Below, piece by piece: positions 25,417-26,336 of a DNA stretch of 26,336 nt (the stretch's first letter is position 1; each line of letters begins with the position of its first letter). The position numbers and the translations under genes were made by a program. This DNA comes from a virus. Its lineage: Duplodnaviria; Caudoviricetes. The DNA is taken from positions 1-26,336 of IMG/VR virus record IMGVR_UViG_3300008113_000729; one strand, given 5' to 3'. The notes under the pieces are model-generated. The model saw nothing but the letters and a program-made list of their open reading frames with translations, had not been told where the DNA came from and did not search any database.

Positions 25417-25859
25417 TGCAGAACCCCGCGTAACGGTATGCCGTTGGCCTTTAAAAATGCTTCCAGCTCATTTAGGGTTTTTATAACGGCGCGGTGGAAT
25501 CCATTATTGCCAAACCATGTGCCCCAGTCCTCTTGCTCATCGGTTAAGTCACCATCAGTGGCCTTGAGTTCGCACCAGAACGAGCGCCCGGCGTGGAGAA
25601 TGATAATATCCCAGACGCCTTTTTTAACACCCATGCGCTTTAAACGCCCGGCTGTTGCTGGTGTGCGATATTCCCCATTAGGTATATGCAGCCAGCGCAC
25701 TTCAGGCGGCAGAACACGGTTAAGATAATCGGCCGCAACGCACTGGAATTTAAACTCTTCTTGGCCGCGTTTCGCCTTAACTTTTTTAGTATCAGCATAT
25801 CTAACGCCTTCAGGACAATTAAGATAATAATTCCATTCAACAAATTGCCGCGTCGCCAT
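25413..25859 (-). CDS. VRR-NUC domain nuclease (putative Holliday junction resolvase)
   Basis: 148 aa. EEFKFQ, HIPNG, RLKRMGVKKGVWD, WCELKA..G.LTDEQ PD-(D/E)xK pattern. Confidence 0.9.
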   Translation of the reverse strand: MATRQFVEWNYYLNCPEGVRYADTKKVKAKRGQEEFKFQCVAADYLNRVLPPEVRWLHIPNGEYRTPATAGRLKRMGVKKGVWDIIILHAGRSFWCELKATDGDLTDEQEDWGTWFGNNGFHRAVIKTLNELEAFLKANGIPLRGVLQ

Positions 25860-25862
25860 GAC

Positions 25863-25997
25863 TCAGCCCACCAAAGAAGCAAAAAGGGCTATTGTGCCCA
25901 GGAATAAAACGAGGCAAAAAATCAGTATTAAACCAATATCACGCAGCGCCTCCGCCTCTGCCTTCGTCATCGCGGTATTTTGTTTTTGTTCCGTCAT
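25863..25997 (-). CDS. Small single-pass membrane protein (44 aa)
   Basis: MTEQKQNTAMTKAEAEALRDIGLILIFCLVLFLGTIALFASLVG*; GGAGAG RBS upstream. Confidence 0.65.
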   Translation of the reverse strand: MTEQKQNTAMTKAEAEALRDIGLILIFCLVLFLGTIALFASLVG

Positions 25998-26017
25998 GTC
26001 GCTCTCTCCAGATGCGG

Positions 26018-26248
26018 TCAGGGGTTTTGCTTCTTTTTACGCTGCCTAAGCTCTTTATGTTTCGCTTCGAATAATTCGTAAATTTTGATTTGTGATTCTC
26101 GCAGCTTGCGAGATGTAATGCCGCCGCCAGCGCTTAGCCGTTTCCATGCCTTACCGTCATCCCAGCCAAGCTTGCGGCATATAGTAGCCGGTTTTACGCC
26201 GTAAAGCGCGGCGAGATTTTTGATGTTGTCGATTAGCTGCACTTCCAT
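26018..26248 (-). CDS. Cro-like HTH transcriptional regulator (start probably ATG 26248; ATG 26260 is the alternative)
   Basis: First gene of the operon. YGVKPATICRKLGWDDGKAWKRLSAGGGIT HTH-like pattern; lies directly below the operator cluster. Confidence 0.7.
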   Translation of the reverse strand: MEVQLIDNIKNLAALYGVKPATICRKLGWDDGKAWKRLSAGGGITSRKLRESQIKIYELFEAKHKELRQRKKKQNP

Positions 26249-26255
26249 GCGCGAC

Positions 26256-26285
26256 AGCATAGGGTAAAACTCCCCTTGACGTCAA
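26256..26285 (-). promoter_or_regulatory. Sigma70-type lytic promoter (PR-like)
   Basis: Minus strand TTGACG (26285-26280), 18-bp spacer, TATGCT (26261-26256). Confidence 0.6.
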
Positions 26286-26336
26286 GGGGATAATTCGTCA
26301 GCGCAGTGTGTGCAATTTTTGCACATAGTTAAGGGG
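26261..26336. promoter_or_regulatory. Operator array of the immunity region
   Basis: AGGGTA-AAAC-TCCCCT (26261-26276), AGGGGA-TAAT-TCGTCA (26285-26300), TGTGCAA-TTT-TTGCACA (26309-26325), AGGGG at the edge (26332 onward). Perfect 20-bp palindrome TCCCCTTGACGTCAAGGGGA at 26271-26290. Confidence 0.7.

Larger units (their letters stand above)
1..26336 (-). mobile_element. Temperate podovirus-like phage/prophage segment (BPP-1-like head-tail module), cro through tail fibre; both ends lie outside the window
   Basis: Co-oriented cro, replication, terS, terL, portal, scaffold, capsid, tail tube A/B, internal virion and tail fibre genes. No host genes, integrase or att site in the window, so integrated versus free cannot be decided. 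Confidence 0.95.

Noticed and set aside
170-26074. Numerous plus-strand ORFs in the track (for example 4542-5078, 8746-9186, 21247-21834)
   Set aside because: All lie antisense to well-supported minus-strand genes, show no recognisable motifs and read as shadow ORFs.
26249-26260. ATG 26260 as the cro start
   Set aside because: It lies within the predicted -10 box and has no RBS; ATG 26248 fits better, though this is unproven.
1-26336. GANTC (CcrM site) depletion as an alphaproteobacterial host marker; tRNA or other RNA genes; lysis genes; integrase
   Set aside because: GAATC and GATTC are common here, so there is no depletion signal. No intergenic room or motifs for RNA genes, and no lysis or integrase gene is recognisable in the window.

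Overview
The whole window is one temperate podovirus-like phage or prophage segment with a BPP-1/Bcep-type virion module, probably from an alphaproteobacterial host (inference). All credible genes are on the minus strand and tightly packed, many with ATGA or TAATG overlaps. In transcription order (right to left): an operator/promoter cluster, a Cro-like gene, small early genes, a VRR-NUC nuclease, a replication initiator with internal iterons and a C-terminal DnaA-N-like domain, terS, terL, portal, Bbp19-like protein, scaffold, major capsid protein, Bbp16-like cement protein, tail adaptor and nozzle, the internal virion (ejection) proteins including a 2199-aa polyvalent protein with an ADP-ribosyltransferase-like module, and a tail fibre/spike that runs off the left edge. 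Points of most interest: a gp15-like ejection gene split into three closely coupled ORFs, with its GH108 lysozyme apparently missing its middle; a YxPY(AS) C-terminal motif shared by TerL, the tail adaptor and a small gene next to the portal; a chimeric terminase; ssrA-tag-like peptides (AANDN, C-terminal VAA) in early proteins; a 24-bp-periodic operator array with a probably leaderless cro; and strong GATC avoidance. All family assignments come from motif recognition by eye. No database searches were run.
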